NCBI GenBank assembly: GCA_963664015.2
Contig: CAXXLF010000002.1
Location: 1,088,001 to 1,152,000 of the forward strand
Origin: Candidatus Binatia bacterium
GTDB lineage: Bacteria; Desulfobacterota; Binatia; UBA9968; CAXXLF01
Length of the DNA stretch: 64,000 nt
Reading direction: 5' to 3'
The number at the start of each line of letters is the position of its first letter. Positions within the stretch are counted from its first letter, which is position 1. Both the position numbers and the translations under genes were made by a program. A model generated the notes under the pieces. It was not told where the DNA came from. It ran no database searches and was given only the letters and a program-made list of their open reading frames with translations. Positions 21,676 to 31,964 of this stretch are shown piece by piece.

Positions 21676-22842
21676 CTACGACCGTCCCCAGAGCAACTTG
21701 CTGGCCAGACGAGCCCCTTCGACCATGGCTTCGAACTTGGCCCAGGCAATTTTGGGATGGCCCACCCGCGGTCCAAGGCCGCAATCCGATCCCGCAATGA
21801 CGTTTTCGCGGCCCACCAGCTTGGCGTACCGTACGAGCCGTTCCGCCACCAGCTCCGGGTGTTCGACAAAGTCACTACAGTGACTGACAACTCCCGGGAC
21901 CAGAATCTTACCGTCGGGAAGTTTGACGTCGGCCCACACGCGCCACTCATGGGCATGGCGGGGGTTCGAGGCCTCAATCGAGTAGGCATGGGCGCGCACC
22001 TTTAAAATGATATCCACGATGTCGCTGAGCGGGATATCGTACTTGTGGGGACCGTGATAGCTCCCCCAGCAGACATGCAATCGCACCTGTTCTTCGGTGA
22101 TGTCCCTGAGGGCATGGTTGAGGGCATCGACGCGTAGTTCGGCAAATTTACGATACTCGGGCACAGACATATGGGAGTTGATCTGCCACCCGTCGGGTAG
22201 ATCGGGGTCGTCGATCTGGAGGATAAACCCGGCATCGGCGATGGCCTTGTACTCCTCGTGCATGGTATCGGCCAATGCTTCCAGGTATGCCTCGTCGTTC
22301 GGGTAGTAATCGTTCTTTAACCAATGTTCGATAGTCCCGGGGGCAACCGCGGGCAAGAATGCCTCCTCGACCTGAACCCCCTGAAGGGCGGCCTTGAAGT
22401 TTGCGATATCCGTCTGTACGGCGGACTGGCCGATATACTGGAGCGGCTGATTGCAGTAGGCCCGCCATGGGCGTGAGCCGGTTACGGCGCGCCCTCCCAG
22501 GTTAAAGTATTCGGGGAATTCGGCCAGGTCCCGGCCAAAGATCATGCCGCGATAATCGCCCGGCGTTACTGGCCGTTCCTCGAAGCCACCGATCCGCTCG
22601 CGAACGTAGCTGGAGAAATTTGGTTTGCCAAACTCACCGTCGTTAATGACGGCGAGACCTGTGTCGGCCTGCTGCTTGACCACGTCCACAACGGCGCTTT
22701 GCACCCGACTCGCCAGGACCTCCGGGTTATAGGCTTCCCGGTTGTTCTTAGCGAGAAGCATCTTCTGCAAGTCTTCCGGCCGGGCGATGGCCCCTGCGTG
22801 TGTGGTCAGGATCCGTTCCGTACTGTGTTTCATGTCGATCAA
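21676..22842 (-). CDS. Cobalamin-independent methionine synthase II (MetE C-terminal-like / epoxyalkane:CoM transferase-like) protein
   Basis: ILTTHAG, DGEFGK, LQIDDPD, Zn ligands HVCWG...E...DCG. Confidence 0.9.
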   Translation of the reverse strand: MIDMKHSTERILTTHAGAIARPEDLQKMLLAKNNREAYNPEVLASRVQSAVVDVVKQQADTGLAVINDGEFGKPNFSSYVRERIGGFEERPVTPGDYRGMIFGRDLAEFPEYFNLGGRAVTGSRPWRAYCNQPLQYIGQSAVQTDIANFKAALQGVQVEEAFLPAVAPGTIEHWLKNDYYPNDEAYLEALADTMHEEYKAIADAGFILQIDDPDLPDGWQINSHMSVPEYRKFAELRVDALNHALRDITEEQVRLHVCWGSYHGPHKYDIPLSDIVDIILKVRAHAYSIEASNPRHAHEWRVWADVKLPDGKILVPGVVSHCSDFVEHPELVAERLVRYAKLVGRENVIAGSDCGLGPRVGHPKIAWAKFEAMVEGARLASKLLWGRS

Positions 22843-22868
22843 TATCCTCTCAATGATTCAGTCTTGAT

Positions 22869-23655
22869 TTACCTGCGGGAAGAACGCTGCTTTCTCTGTT
22901 CTTCCTTGATCAACTTGAGAATCGGTTTCATGTTCATCCATTTGTGATTATCAACCCAGACAAATTTACGGCCTTCCACGCGCTGCTTGTATTTTGGAAC
23001 GTTGTCCTTCGAGATATCGATCCTCATGGAATCCCGGCCGCTAGAGTATTTGAGATGATACTGTTGGTAAAGGTATTGTCCCTCCCGTGACAAAAACTAG
23101 TTCAAGGCCAGGCGGGCCGCATTGGGATGGGGCCGTTTCTTGAACAGGACAACACTCCCACTGCCTGAACTCAGAGGAAACCCCTCGGCAAGGCTCCCTA
23201 CTCCGAACCAGTCAACGGGGAGACCTGCCCTTTTGGCATCCGGCATATTCATCCTGCCCACCGGGCTCAAAAGAGAGATGGCATACCTTCCCTTGGCCAC
23301 CCAGTCGGTCATCTGAGCAGCGTTCCGGCTAATGGTAAGGTCCGACTCGCTGAAGAGCCGCCTCAGGAACTTGGGGCCCAATTCGGGGATATAATAGAAA
23401 AAGACCAGGGTCGCGCCGGAGGATCGAACCGCCGTGTCCTGAGCTACGATCTTCCCCTTCCATTTTGGATTCAGAAGGTCCCAATTAGGATTTAAACTAC
23501 GACGGGTCCACCATCTTTGTATTACAGGTCGTGGTAGGGAAAAGATCGCCTTTAAAGGCCAGGATGTGCTTAACCGAAACCTCTCTCTGTATCCGACACA
23601 CCTCGCGGGGATATTTTTCTTTCCTCTCCTCGAGAAAAGACCGTAGATCCTTCAT
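22869..23655 (-). pseudogene. Chimeric remnant: UbiD 5' end joined to the 3' half of an ABC solute-binding protein
   Basis: MKDLRSFLEE...RIQREVSVKH runs into ...WDLLNPKWKGKIV...PHPNAARLALN*FLSREGQ...SMRIDI; contains stops and a frameshift. Confidence 0.8.
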
Positions 23656-23704
23656 CCCTCACCTCCCGAATTTTTAGAGAGCCGTTCCATTTTTCAAAAG
23701 ACGT

Positions 23705-24721
23705 TTAATCAAATGCAGGCATCACCCGCTCTGCGAACAGGCGAATATTTTTGAGGGCCAGTTCCTGGGGCAGACCTCCGAAATGAAACGTCCCTGACAG
23801 CGTGGTAAGCCCCGTCTGCTCACGCCAGCGATGAATGGCGTCGATACAGCGCTGGGGATCGCCCGCGATGATAAATCCCTGCTCCATCTGGGATACCAGG
23901 TCGCGCTTGTTACCCATCATGCGACTGGGATCCGCCGCCCTGTGAGCATCGTGGTAGTTTTTTAAATAGGGGGCCGTCTCGGTGACGGCCTGATCCAGAC
24001 TATCGGTTACGTAGATGTGGAACTTGCCGAGGATCTCGCGCCGTTTCATCTCGTGGCCGGCCTCCACAAGGGCGTTGCGGTAGACCCCAACGTTATGGGC
24101 CAAGAAGTCAGGGGTCGGATACATGTAGGGAAGCGTCATCAGATTATAGCCATTTTTACCGGCCCATTGGAAAGTGTCCTCGCTCTTGGCAGCGCCGACC
24201 CAGATGGGAGGATGGGGTCGCTGAACCGGTTTGGGAAGCACGTTGATATCATGGTAGTCGAACAACTCGCTGGAGAAGTCCACGGGATCATCGGACCAGG
24301 CCTTACAAAGAATTTCGGTCGCTTCCTTCATGCGCACGGCAGCCGATTCCTGGGGAACAAGCCATTTTTTATACTCGACGGCCTCGCTGCCTTTACCCAC
24401 TCCAAAATCCAGCCGACCATTGGATAGGACGTCGACCATGGCATAAGACTCTGCGATCTCCAACGGGTTGTGCAATGGGAGCACACTGATAGCGACGCCG
24501 AGACGAATCCGCTGGGTGGACCGGGCGACAGCAGCCAGAAAGGTCGGCGGGTGAGGGATGGTTCCTCCGTAACCGCTGAAATGATGTTCCGTAACCCAGA
24601 TATCGTGAAACCCGAGTCGTTCCATCTCCTCCATTTGCTTGAACATCAACCCGTAAAAGTGATTGACCGATCCGTCCAGCTGGGAAACGTAAGTTGGAAG
24701 ATAGTGAGCCCCGAAACGCAT
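23705..24721 (-). CDS. Luciferase-like (LLM) flavin-dependent oxidoreductase
   Basis: WVTEHHF, SNGRLDFGVG, PKPVQRPHPPIW, FAERVMP. Confidence 0.92.
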   Translation of the reverse strand: MRFGAHYLPTYVSQLDGSVNHFYGLMFKQMEEMERLGFHDIWVTEHHFSGYGGTIPHPPTFLAAVARSTQRIRLGVAISVLPLHNPLEIAESYAMVDVLSNGRLDFGVGKGSEAVEYKKWLVPQESAAVRMKEATEILCKAWSDDPVDFSSELFDYHDINVLPKPVQRPHPPIWVGAAKSEDTFQWAGKNGYNLMTLPYMYPTPDFLAHNVGVYRNALVEAGHEMKRREILGKFHIYVTDSLDQAVTETAPYLKNYHDAHRAADPSRMMGNKRDLVSQMEQGFIIAGDPQRCIDAIHRWREQTGLTTLSGTFHFGGLPQELALKNIRLFAERVMPAFD

Positions 24722-25001
24722 GGATTTTCACCTCCATCGATACTCTGCCCAAGCCTCAGCGTGGGGGTTAAAGACACGCGCGTATTTATATTCCCCGCGA
24801 CGATGTCTTGTCAACGCTGAGCGCTGGTACGATTCGACGGTCGCAAACAGTTACCGGGAGGTTGTCGAGATTCCCAAAGGGAGAAGGGCGGCAAGAGTCA
24901 GAGTGATCAATACGAGGCCGCGCGCCAGGATTTCTGAACCATGGGATATCAAACCGCTAGGCTGATTGACCTGCATGAGTTGGCCAGGTTGTTACGAATA
25001 T

Positions 25002-26086
25002 TCAGCCTGCGCTTGAGTTCTTTTTCGAAGGTCTCGTGGATCTCCCGATCCTCATCCTGGTACTCGATCTACCACCCACCCTGCTTAACGCTCTTTTGCG
25101 CGCACTCTCCCCTAACCCACTGAGATGTGCGCATCCCCATATTGCCCGAGTATATGGCAAAGTACCGGGCTCGAGTCGCCCCGCTGTTGAAGTGCTGGTG
25201 AGAATAGTTGTCGCTGGGGACAATGACCAGGGCCCCCTTCTTCCAGTCCTCCTTGACCATGTCCGAGCGATCGTCTTTGGTCCAGCATAACGAATAGCCT
25301 TTGGTGCCGTTCAGCAGCGCCAGGTTGGCGCCCGGGCCGTGACGGTGGACCTTTTTGTAGGTCCCCACGGGGAATTCCGAGATGTGACTCTTCATGTTGT
25401 TGTTTGCTATCTACAGCATTGCGTTGATACCGCAGGCGCCTCGCTCTTTCCAGCCGTACAGGGGCATGTCCGGCGCATTGGGAATAAAGTTGGACTACAC
25501 ACCCGGTGAGCGAAAAGCTTTCCGTTACCGTTGAAGTATTCCTGCGGTCCGTCATAACGGCCACGGAATACGTGGGAATCGGCGAAAATAAAATCCGGGT
25601 CGTTGAATAATCGCATCATGGGAGGTGCGGTGGTTACGGCCAGGTAACGCAACGGTTGGTCACCGCTACCGTTAAAGTGCTGGGATCAGGTATTGAGCGG
25701 GAGGGAAAAGAGGCTTCCCTCTTGCCATTCGAGGTCTGCTTTTGTTTCTTGTCAACCCAAATGGTGGTCGCCCCGCGCCCGGAGACCACATAGACTGTTT
25801 CCTCGTATAGATGGTGCTCGGGCTCCGACTTGCCTCCGGGCTTGATCTCTACGACCTGAAAATTATTGTTCAGATGATCGTTGGGGATATTGATGATAGC
25901 ACCGTTGCCGCCCTTACGGTCCCACGGCGTCAACTCGATCGCGTTTAAATCCTCGAAGGCAAAGTCATCGATGACGCGGACGCCTTCTCACTTCTGCCAT
26001 TGCTTGTAAGCGTCCTCAATTTCAAAGTCGTCGAGCCCACCCGTGGGGGTTTCGGCGACCTTCATATCGGTTCCCAGCATGACCAT
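25002..26086 (-). pseudogene. Bicupin paralog 2, decayed tandem copy of 26265..27437
   Basis: Shares GTDMKVA, EIKPGGKSEPEHH, HISEFPVGTYKK and QHFN with its neighbour, but has several frameshifts and a TAG where the neighbour has GAG. Confidence 0.9.
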
Positions 26087-26140
26087 GGCTTACTCCGATC
26101 TCCCAGAGTCAGGCTTCAACGAACTCTGTTCAAGAGTTTT

Positions 26141-26220
26141 TCTCGAAAAAACACCAAACCCACAAAAAAAAGTCTTCTCTTTTCTCTCCGAACTTGGCGT
26201 CCTTAAGGTCTTTGCGCGAG
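26141..26220. repeat. Imperfect inverted-repeat element with CGCAAAG-type arms
   Basis: Right arm AACTTGGCGTCCTTAAGGTCTTTGCGCGAG resembles 28519-28576; degenerate left arm TCTCGAAAAAACACCAAACCCACAAAA. Confidence 0.55.
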
Positions 26221-26264
26221 TCCTCTATTCCGGATTCAGAAATCCAGAATTCAACATGGTTTGC

Positions 26265-27437
26265 TTATGCGTCGCGCTCGCTCGTCGGGCCGACCTCACC
26301 GGTGCACCAGGGGACAAATGCCTTCATCCTGCATGGCGCCCCATGGGCCTTCAAGTCCTTTTCGAAGATCTCGTGAATCTCCCTTTCCTCGTCCTCGTAC
26401 TCAACCTGCCAGCCGCCCTCCTTCATGCTCTTGTCGGCGCTCCAGCCACCACCGCCCTGGGGCGAGTTGAGACCCATATCGCCCGACCGCATGGCTAGGT
26501 AGCGGGCCCGGTTGGTCCCCGTATTGAAGTGCTGGTGGAAGCAGTCGTCGCTGGGGACGACGACCATGGAGCCCAGCTGCCAGTCGCATTTGATCATGTC
26601 CGAACGGTCTTCCTTGGTCCAGACCAGGGAGTAGCCGCCGCTGCCACTCAACAGCACCAGGTGCGCACCCGGGCCATGGCGGTGGGCCTTCTTGTAAGTG
26701 CCCACGGGAAATTCGGAGATATGGTTCTTCATGTTGTTTTCCGCCATCTCCAGCATGGCGTTGATCCCGCCAGCACCCCGCTCCTTCCAGCCGTACAGGA
26801 GCATATCCGGCGCGTTGGCAATAAAGTTGGACTCCCACACCCGCCGTTTGAAGAGCTTGCCGTTGCCGCTGAAGTAGTCTTCCTGGTCGGCATAACGGGA
26901 ATTGAATTTGGATGGGCAGCTGAACATGAAGTTGTTGTCCCGGAACAAGCGCATCATGGGCGGCGCGTTGGTCACCGCAACGTAGCGGACCGGCTCGTCA
27001 CCGCTTCCGTTGAAGTTCTGGTACCAGGCATTGAGCGGGATACAGAAGAGGCTTCCCGCATGCCATTCGAAAGTCTGTTTGTGTTTATCGTCCTGCCAGA
27101 TAGTCGTAGCGCCCCGGCCTGAAACCACATAGATCGTGGCCTCGTACATATGGTGCTCGGGCTCCGACTTACCGCCGGGTTTGATCTCGATGACGTGGCA
27201 GTCGTTGGGCATGTGGCGGTTGTCGATATGGACAACTGCACCGCTACCCCCCTTGCGCTCCCACGGTCCAAGCTCCACCTTTGCCAGGCTGGGGAAGTAA
27301 AATTCCTTAATAACCTTTACGCCTTCCTTCTGCAGCCAATCCTCGTAGGCATCATCCCTTGTGTAGTCCTTCAGGTCCCCCGTGGGAGCCTGGGCGACTT
27401 TCATATCCGTACCTTGCATAACGCCTTCCATCGACAC
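26265..27437 (-). CDS. Bicupin protein, paralog 3
   Basis: EIKPGGKSEPEHHMYE, YKKAHRHGPGAH, FHQHFNTG; GTG start with GAGGAGG RBS. Confidence 0.85.
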   Translation of the reverse strand: MSMEGVMQGTDMKVAQAPTGDLKDYTRDDAYEDWLQKEGVKVIKEFYFPSLAKVELGPWERKGGSGAVVHIDNRHMPNDCHVIEIKPGGKSEPEHHMYEATIYVVSGRGATTIWQDDKHKQTFEWHAGSLFCIPLNAWYQNFNGSGDEPVRYVAVTNAPPMMRLFRDNNFMFSCPSKFNSRYADQEDYFSGNGKLFKRRVWESNFIANAPDMLLYGWKERGAGGINAMLEMAENNMKNHISEFPVGTYKKAHRHGPGAHLVLLSGSGGYSLVWTKEDRSDMIKCDWQLGSMVVVPSDDCFHQHFNTGTNRARYLAMRSGDMGLNSPQGGGGWSADKSMKEGGWQVEYEDEEREIHEIFEKDLKAHGAPCRMKAFVPWCTGEVGPTSERDA

Positions 27438-27473
27438 GGGTTAAATCCTCCTCATGAGTGAGAGTTATATCAA

Positions 27474-27535
27474 TATTCGAATATTCGAATAGCTGTTTTT
27501 CGCTGGACAATAGGCAATAACGTGGGGTTTGTCAA
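27474..27535 (-). promoter_or_regulatory. Sigma70-type promoter with an 18-bp palindromic operator
   Basis: Minus strand TTGACA(27535-27530)-N17-TATTGT(27512-27507), followed by the perfect palindrome TATTCGAATATTCGAATA (27474-27491). Confidence 0.7.
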
Positions 27536-27600
27536 CCGAAGCCCGGTCCCTAAATCAGCCCCGATTCTGCCCCCAATTAAAGGCGTTCTGACTCCCTGGA

Positions 27601-27644
27601 TAGATCGGCGCTAAATCAGCAATAGATCAGCGAAAGATCGGCTT
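27601..27644. repeat. Four imperfect 11-bp tandem repeats
   Basis: TAGATCGGCGC/TAAATCAGCAA/TAGATCAGCGA/AAGATCGGCTT. Confidence 0.65.
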
Positions 27645-27666
27645 TTGCAAAGCGCCGAGGCGGTCT

Positions 27667-28431
27667 TCAGCCTCGCCGGTTTGCTATTCGGGTCTCGTAG
27701 TGGCGCCACACCCCGCTGGGTTTTCGCGCGGTAGGAGCTGCCTCCGGCCTGAGATGGGTCTGCTCGCTCAACGTCCTCATATTAGCTCCAAAATCGGCGA
27801 TCTGCTCCTTGGTAATGCTGGGATGATCGGCACCCATGGCCGTGTAGGCATAGTAGTTCATCCGTGCCTGTTCTTCGAGGTGGAGCATGTTAACAACGGC
27901 CTCTTCCAGGTCTGCACCGACGGTGGCCGCGCCATGCCCCTGGAGCAGGATCGCCTTAGAGTCGCCCATCAGCCTGGCGACTTCCACGCCGTCCTCCTCC
28001 CGGATAATAAGCCTCGGATTGGGAAAAACCGGTAACGGTTTTTGAAACATGGCCATCCCCTCGATGCACATGGGCCGGATATTGGCCTGCAAAACGCTCA
28101 TTAGCACCGCGAACCGAGGATGTACGTGCACCACAGATTGGACTTCAGGGTATTCGCGCAGGATACAGGAGTGCATCTTCACCTCATTGGGCAGATTCAA
28201 TTCCTTTCGCCCATCGGTCTTGAAACCGTCCAGGTCACATACAACCAGATCGTCTTCCCCCACAAGCGAGAGCGCCGGTCCGAGACCTTTGATTACGAAT
28301 CGATCGGGCCGGCCGGGTAGCCGCATGCTTGCGTGGCCCCGTTCGATGGTCGGACCGTCAGCAAGCCCCATCTCGGACAGCATACGATTGGCAAGGACAA
28401 CCTCCCGCTTGACGTCATGGATCTCGGACAT
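27667..28431 (-). CDS. Class II aldolase/adducin family protein
   Basis: GHASMR, PNEVKMH, VVHVHP, LLQGHG. Confidence 0.9.
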   Translation of the reverse strand: MSEIHDVKREVVLANRMLSEMGLADGPTIERGHASMRLPGRPDRFVIKGLGPALSLVGEDDLVVCDLDGFKTDGRKELNLPNEVKMHSCILREYPEVQSVVHVHPRFAVLMSVLQANIRPMCIEGMAMFQKPLPVFPNPRLIIREEDGVEVARLMGDSKAILLQGHGAATVGADLEEAVVNMLHLEEQARMNYYAYTAMGADHPSITKEQIADFGANMRTLSEQTHLRPEAAPTARKPSGVWRHYETRIANRRG

Positions 28432-28467
28432 GCTCTCCTCCTATGAATAAAAACTCAATCAAGAATT

Positions 28468-28708
28468 TCGCGCTAAGACGCTAAGCTCGCAAAGAAGACG
28501 ATTTATCTATTTTCTTAGAACTTGCCGTCCTTGGCTCAGCCTGAGGCTGATCCGTCCTCTGGCGGAGCCTTTGCGCTCGCCCCGTGGAATAGCCCTTCAG
28601 GCGAACAATTCGTCTTAAGTCGCGTTGGTAATCTATGGTGCTCACCCTGTGGGACGTCTCTCTCGCAGAGATGTTTTCTTCCATTCCAGCATTATTCCAC
28701 AGGGCGAG
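28468..28708. repeat. Nested palindromic/MITE-like elements
   Basis: CGCTAAG/CGCAAAG-armed inverted repeat, interrupted by the twin hairpin TCAGCCTGAGGCTGA-TCCGTCCTCTGGCGGA (28536-28566) and abutted by a unit with 16-bp TIRs CTCGCCCCGTGGAATA (28576-28591) and TATTCCACAGGGCGAG (28693-28708). Confidence 0.7.
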
Positions 28709-28777
28709 TAACCGTTAATCCGAATATCCAACGGTACCAGAAAGCTTTAGCAAATTGGTTTCGAAGGGTAGCCTAGG

Positions 28778-30400
28778 TCAGGAAAGGACCTGCCTGAAAA
28801 AGTCGTTTCCCTTGTCGTCGATAAGGATAAAGGCTGGAAAGTCCTCCACCTCGATCTTCCAGATCGCCTCCATCCCCAACTCGGGGTATTCGATCACTTC
28901 GACTTTCCGGATATTTTCCTGCGCGAGGAGCGCGGCGGGACCGCCGATAGAGCCGAGATAAAATCCACCGTACTTTTTGCACGCCTCGGCCACCTGCGGG
29001 CTCCGGTTGCCCTTGGCCAACGTGATCATGGAAGCACCATGGGATTGGAACAGATCGACGTAGGAGTCCATGCGCCCGGCCGTGGTGGGACCGAAGGAAC
29101 CGGAAGGCAAGCCTTTGGGTGTTTTGGCGGGCCCTGCATAGTAGATCGGATGGTCCGTCAGGTACTGGGGTAACCCCTCGCCCCGGTCCAGCCGTTCCTT
29201 TAATTTGGCGTGGGCGATATCGCGGGCAACGATCATGGATCCGTTAAGGGACAACTGGGTAGTCACGTTATGCTGGCTCAACTGTGCCAATATCTCCTTC
29301 ATGGGGCGATTCAGATCGACCTGGACCACCCGGCTGGCGATCTTGCCGCGATACTCTTCCGGGATCAGGCGTCCGGGCTCCCGTTCCAGGACCTCGAGCC
29401 AGACACCGTCACGGTTGATCTTGGCCCTGGCGTTGCGGTCCGCCGAACAGGAGACCCCGATCCCCACTGGGCAGGAGGCCCCGTGGCGCGGCAAACGAAT
29501 CACCCGAACGTCCAGGGCGAAATACTTTCCGCCGAACTGCGCCCCGAACCCGGCCCCATAAGCCAACTCGAGCATCTCGGCTTCCAGCTTGGGATCGCGG
29601 AAGGCGCGCCCCCCCTTGTTTCCAGACGTAGGTAAGTGGTCCAGGTAACGCGAGGTGCCCAACTTGACCGTCTTCAAACAGGCCTCCGCAGAAGTCCCAC
29701 CGATGACGAACACAAGATGGTAAGGCGGGCAACCGGCAGTGCCCAGGGTTTTCATCTTTTCCGAGAGAAACTTCTTCAGGCTATCGGGATTGAGCAGGGC
29801 CTTGGTCTCCTGGTAGAGAAACGTCTTGTTGGCCGAACCCCCTCCTTTGGTGATCATGAGAAGGTTGTATTCCATCCCTTCGGTCGCGTAAAGATCGATC
29901 TGGGCCGGCAAATTAGTCCCCGTGTTAACCTCCTCGTACATGTCGAGAGCCGCGGTTTGGGAATAGCGCAGGTTTTCCTCATTGTAGGCTCTAAAAATCC
30001 CTTTGGAGAGGTACTCCTCGTCGTGGACTCCGGTCCAGACCTGCTGTCCTTTTTTGCCGAAGACCGTTGCGGTACCGGTATCCTGACAAAAAGGAAGGAT
30101 GCCTTTTGATGCGATATCCGCATTTCGAAGCATGGCCAGGGCCACGTACCGGTCGTTTTCCGATGCCTCAGGGTCCTTGAGGATCGCGGCTACCTGTTTG
30201 AGATGGGCGGTCCGAAGTAAGAAAGAAACGTCCCTTATCCCTTCCTGTGCCACTAGAGCCAGGGCCTCCGGCTCAACCTTCAATATTTCCTTTCCCATGA
30301 AGGAAGTGACCGAGACATGTTCCTTGGTCAAGAGGCGATACTCGGTATCGTCTTTGCCAAGGGGAAAGGGATCTTCATACACAAATTCAGGAGTTGCCAT
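28778..30400 (-). CDS. fumA: Fumarate hydratase class I (Fe-S)
   Basis: [48 protein letters not shown]. Confidence 0.97.
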   Translation of the reverse strand: MATPEFVYEDPFPLGKDDTEYRLLTKEHVSVTSFMGKEILKVEPEALALVAQEGIRDVSFLLRTAHLKQVAAILKDPEASENDRYVALAMLRNADIASKGILPFCQDTGTATVFGKKGQQVWTGVHDEEYLSKGIFRAYNEENLRYSQTAALDMYEEVNTGTNLPAQIDLYATEGMEYNLLMITKGGGSANKTFLYQETKALLNPDSLKKFLSEKMKTLGTAGCPPYHLVFVIGGTSAEACLKTVKLGTSRYLDHLPTSGNKGGRAFRDPKLEAEMLELAYGAGFGAQFGGKYFALDVRVIRLPRHGASCPVGIGVSCSADRNARAKINRDGVWLEVLEREPGRLIPEEYRGKIASRVVQVDLNRPMKEILAQLSQHNVTTQLSLNGSMIVARDIAHAKLKERLDRGEGLPQYLTDHPIYYAGPAKTPKGLPSGSFGPTTAGRMDSYVDLFQSHGASMITLAKGNRSPQVAEACKKYGGFYLGSIGGPAALLAQENIRKVEVIEYPELGMEAIWKIEVEDFPAFILIDDKGNDFFRQVLS

Positions 30401-30767
30401 GATCGAAACCTCGTTTGTTTTGTTGCTGCTTTAGAAAGAAAGACAGGTTCTTTCCTTGGATCTAAAGATTTTAATAGTTCTGGCCTTGATGTCAACCCAA
30501 CGGCGGCGACCGCGGAGGGCCAGGCCCCCGAGCCTACAATTTCCTCGGGGATCGAGCCTCCGGTTCGGCTGAGCTCACCCTCGAAGCCAGGCCTTGGCAA
30601 TAGGCAGATGAATATTTGAAGCGGTCGGATCGGATACCTGCGGTCTTTCGCCTCGCTCCCCTTCGGAATAACACCACTGGGCTAAGGGGGCTTGGAATTC
30701 TTTCTTTTCCTCTTGTTTTTCATGCCGATTATTGGCTAAAGATTACCTATCGAAAGGAAACAGTCCT

Positions 30768-31883
30768 ATGGCCAAGCCGGAACAGACCTTTGATCAATGG
30801 TGGGTGGGCAGCCACTACATGAAATTCGTCGAGCAGGAGGGGGCACCCCTTTATGAAGGGAGTTATCTCCTGGACATGCAAACCGTCCCCCTTGGAGACT
30901 GGGAACGGAGGGGGGGGAAAGTCGCCTACACCCGCCTGGCCAACCAAGAGCGTCTGAACCTTCAAATCGTGGAGATCCCTGCCAAAGGACAGCTCAAGCC
31001 CGAGCACCACATGTACGAGGCCGTGATGTACGTGATCAAGGGGGCCGGAGCCACCGAGATTTGGCAGGAAGGAGAGCCCAAACAGACCATCGAATGGTCC
31101 GAAGGATCACTGCTCGCCATACCGCTCAACGCCTGGCACCAGGAGTTCAACAGCTCGGGAAGCGAGCCCTGCCGCGTGGTCTTCGGAACCAACATGGCCC
31201 AGGTGATAAACCTCTACCACAACATGGACTACGTTTTTAAAAACCCCTTCTCCTTCAAAGACCGCTACAACTGCCGGATGGAGGGTTACTACAGCGACGA
31301 GGGAAAACACTGGAACCTACGGCTCTTTGAGACCAATTTTATTCCCGACATTCGGAACTTTGGCCTGGACGAGTGGGCGGAAAAGGGCACACGCACCTCT
31401 ATCATGCGCCTCTACATGGGCAACGCAACTTCTCAGATCCACATCCTGGAAGTCTCCGAAGGGACCTATGTCACGGCGCACCGGCATGGCGCGGGCGCCC
31501 ACGTGATGATCGTCGACGGCGAGGGTTACGAGCTTCTATTTATGCCCGGTGAAGAGAAGGACCCGGCCAAAAGGGTCAAGCTGCCGGTCAAGCCCTACAG
31601 CGTTATTTCGCCCATCCTCAACCAATACCACCAGCACTTTAACACGGGGAAGGTCCCGTTTCGGCAACTCGCCTTCAAGGGTTGGGAGCCCAGTGCGGTC
31701 ACCGTCAACGCCAAAGGCAAGTACGATCCCGTTGGCGCAGCGCGGAGCGACAATCCCCACGCCTATTCGTTCAAGCTCCGCTACGACGAGGAAGACCCGG
31801 CTGTACGGGAGGATTATTACGCCGAGTTGGAAAAAAACGGTGTGGACCTTCGGCTCCCGCCGCTGGACCAGGGTCCCGGATGA
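30768..31883 (+). CDS. Bicupin protein, paralog 4
   Basis: EIPAKGQLKPEHHMYE, LNAWHQEFN, YVTAHRHGAGAH, YHQHFNTG, YDEEDP. Confidence 0.85.
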   Translation: MAKPEQTFDQWWVGSHYMKFVEQEGAPLYEGSYLLDMQTVPLGDWERRGGKVAYTRLANQERLNLQIVEIPAKGQLKPEHHMYEAVMYVIKGAGATEIWQEGEPKQTIEWSEGSLLAIPLNAWHQEFNSSGSEPCRVVFGTNMAQVINLYHNMDYVFKNPFSFKDRYNCRMEGYYSDEGKHWNLRLFETNFIPDIRNFGLDEWAEKGTRTSIMRLYMGNATSQIHILEVSEGTYVTAHRHGAGAHVMIVDGEGYELLFMPGEEKDPAKRVKLPVKPYSVISPILNQYHQHFNTGKVPFRQLAFKGWEPSAVTVNAKGKYDPVGAARSDNPHAYSFKLRYDEEDPAVREDYYAELEKNGVDLRLPPLDQGPG

Positions 31884-31964
31884 TCGGCTCCCGTCACGAC
31901 GGTACATTTACAGCCCAAGGTCGTCGTTGTTAATCGTGATTGATCAACCGGACTAGAGTTTTCC

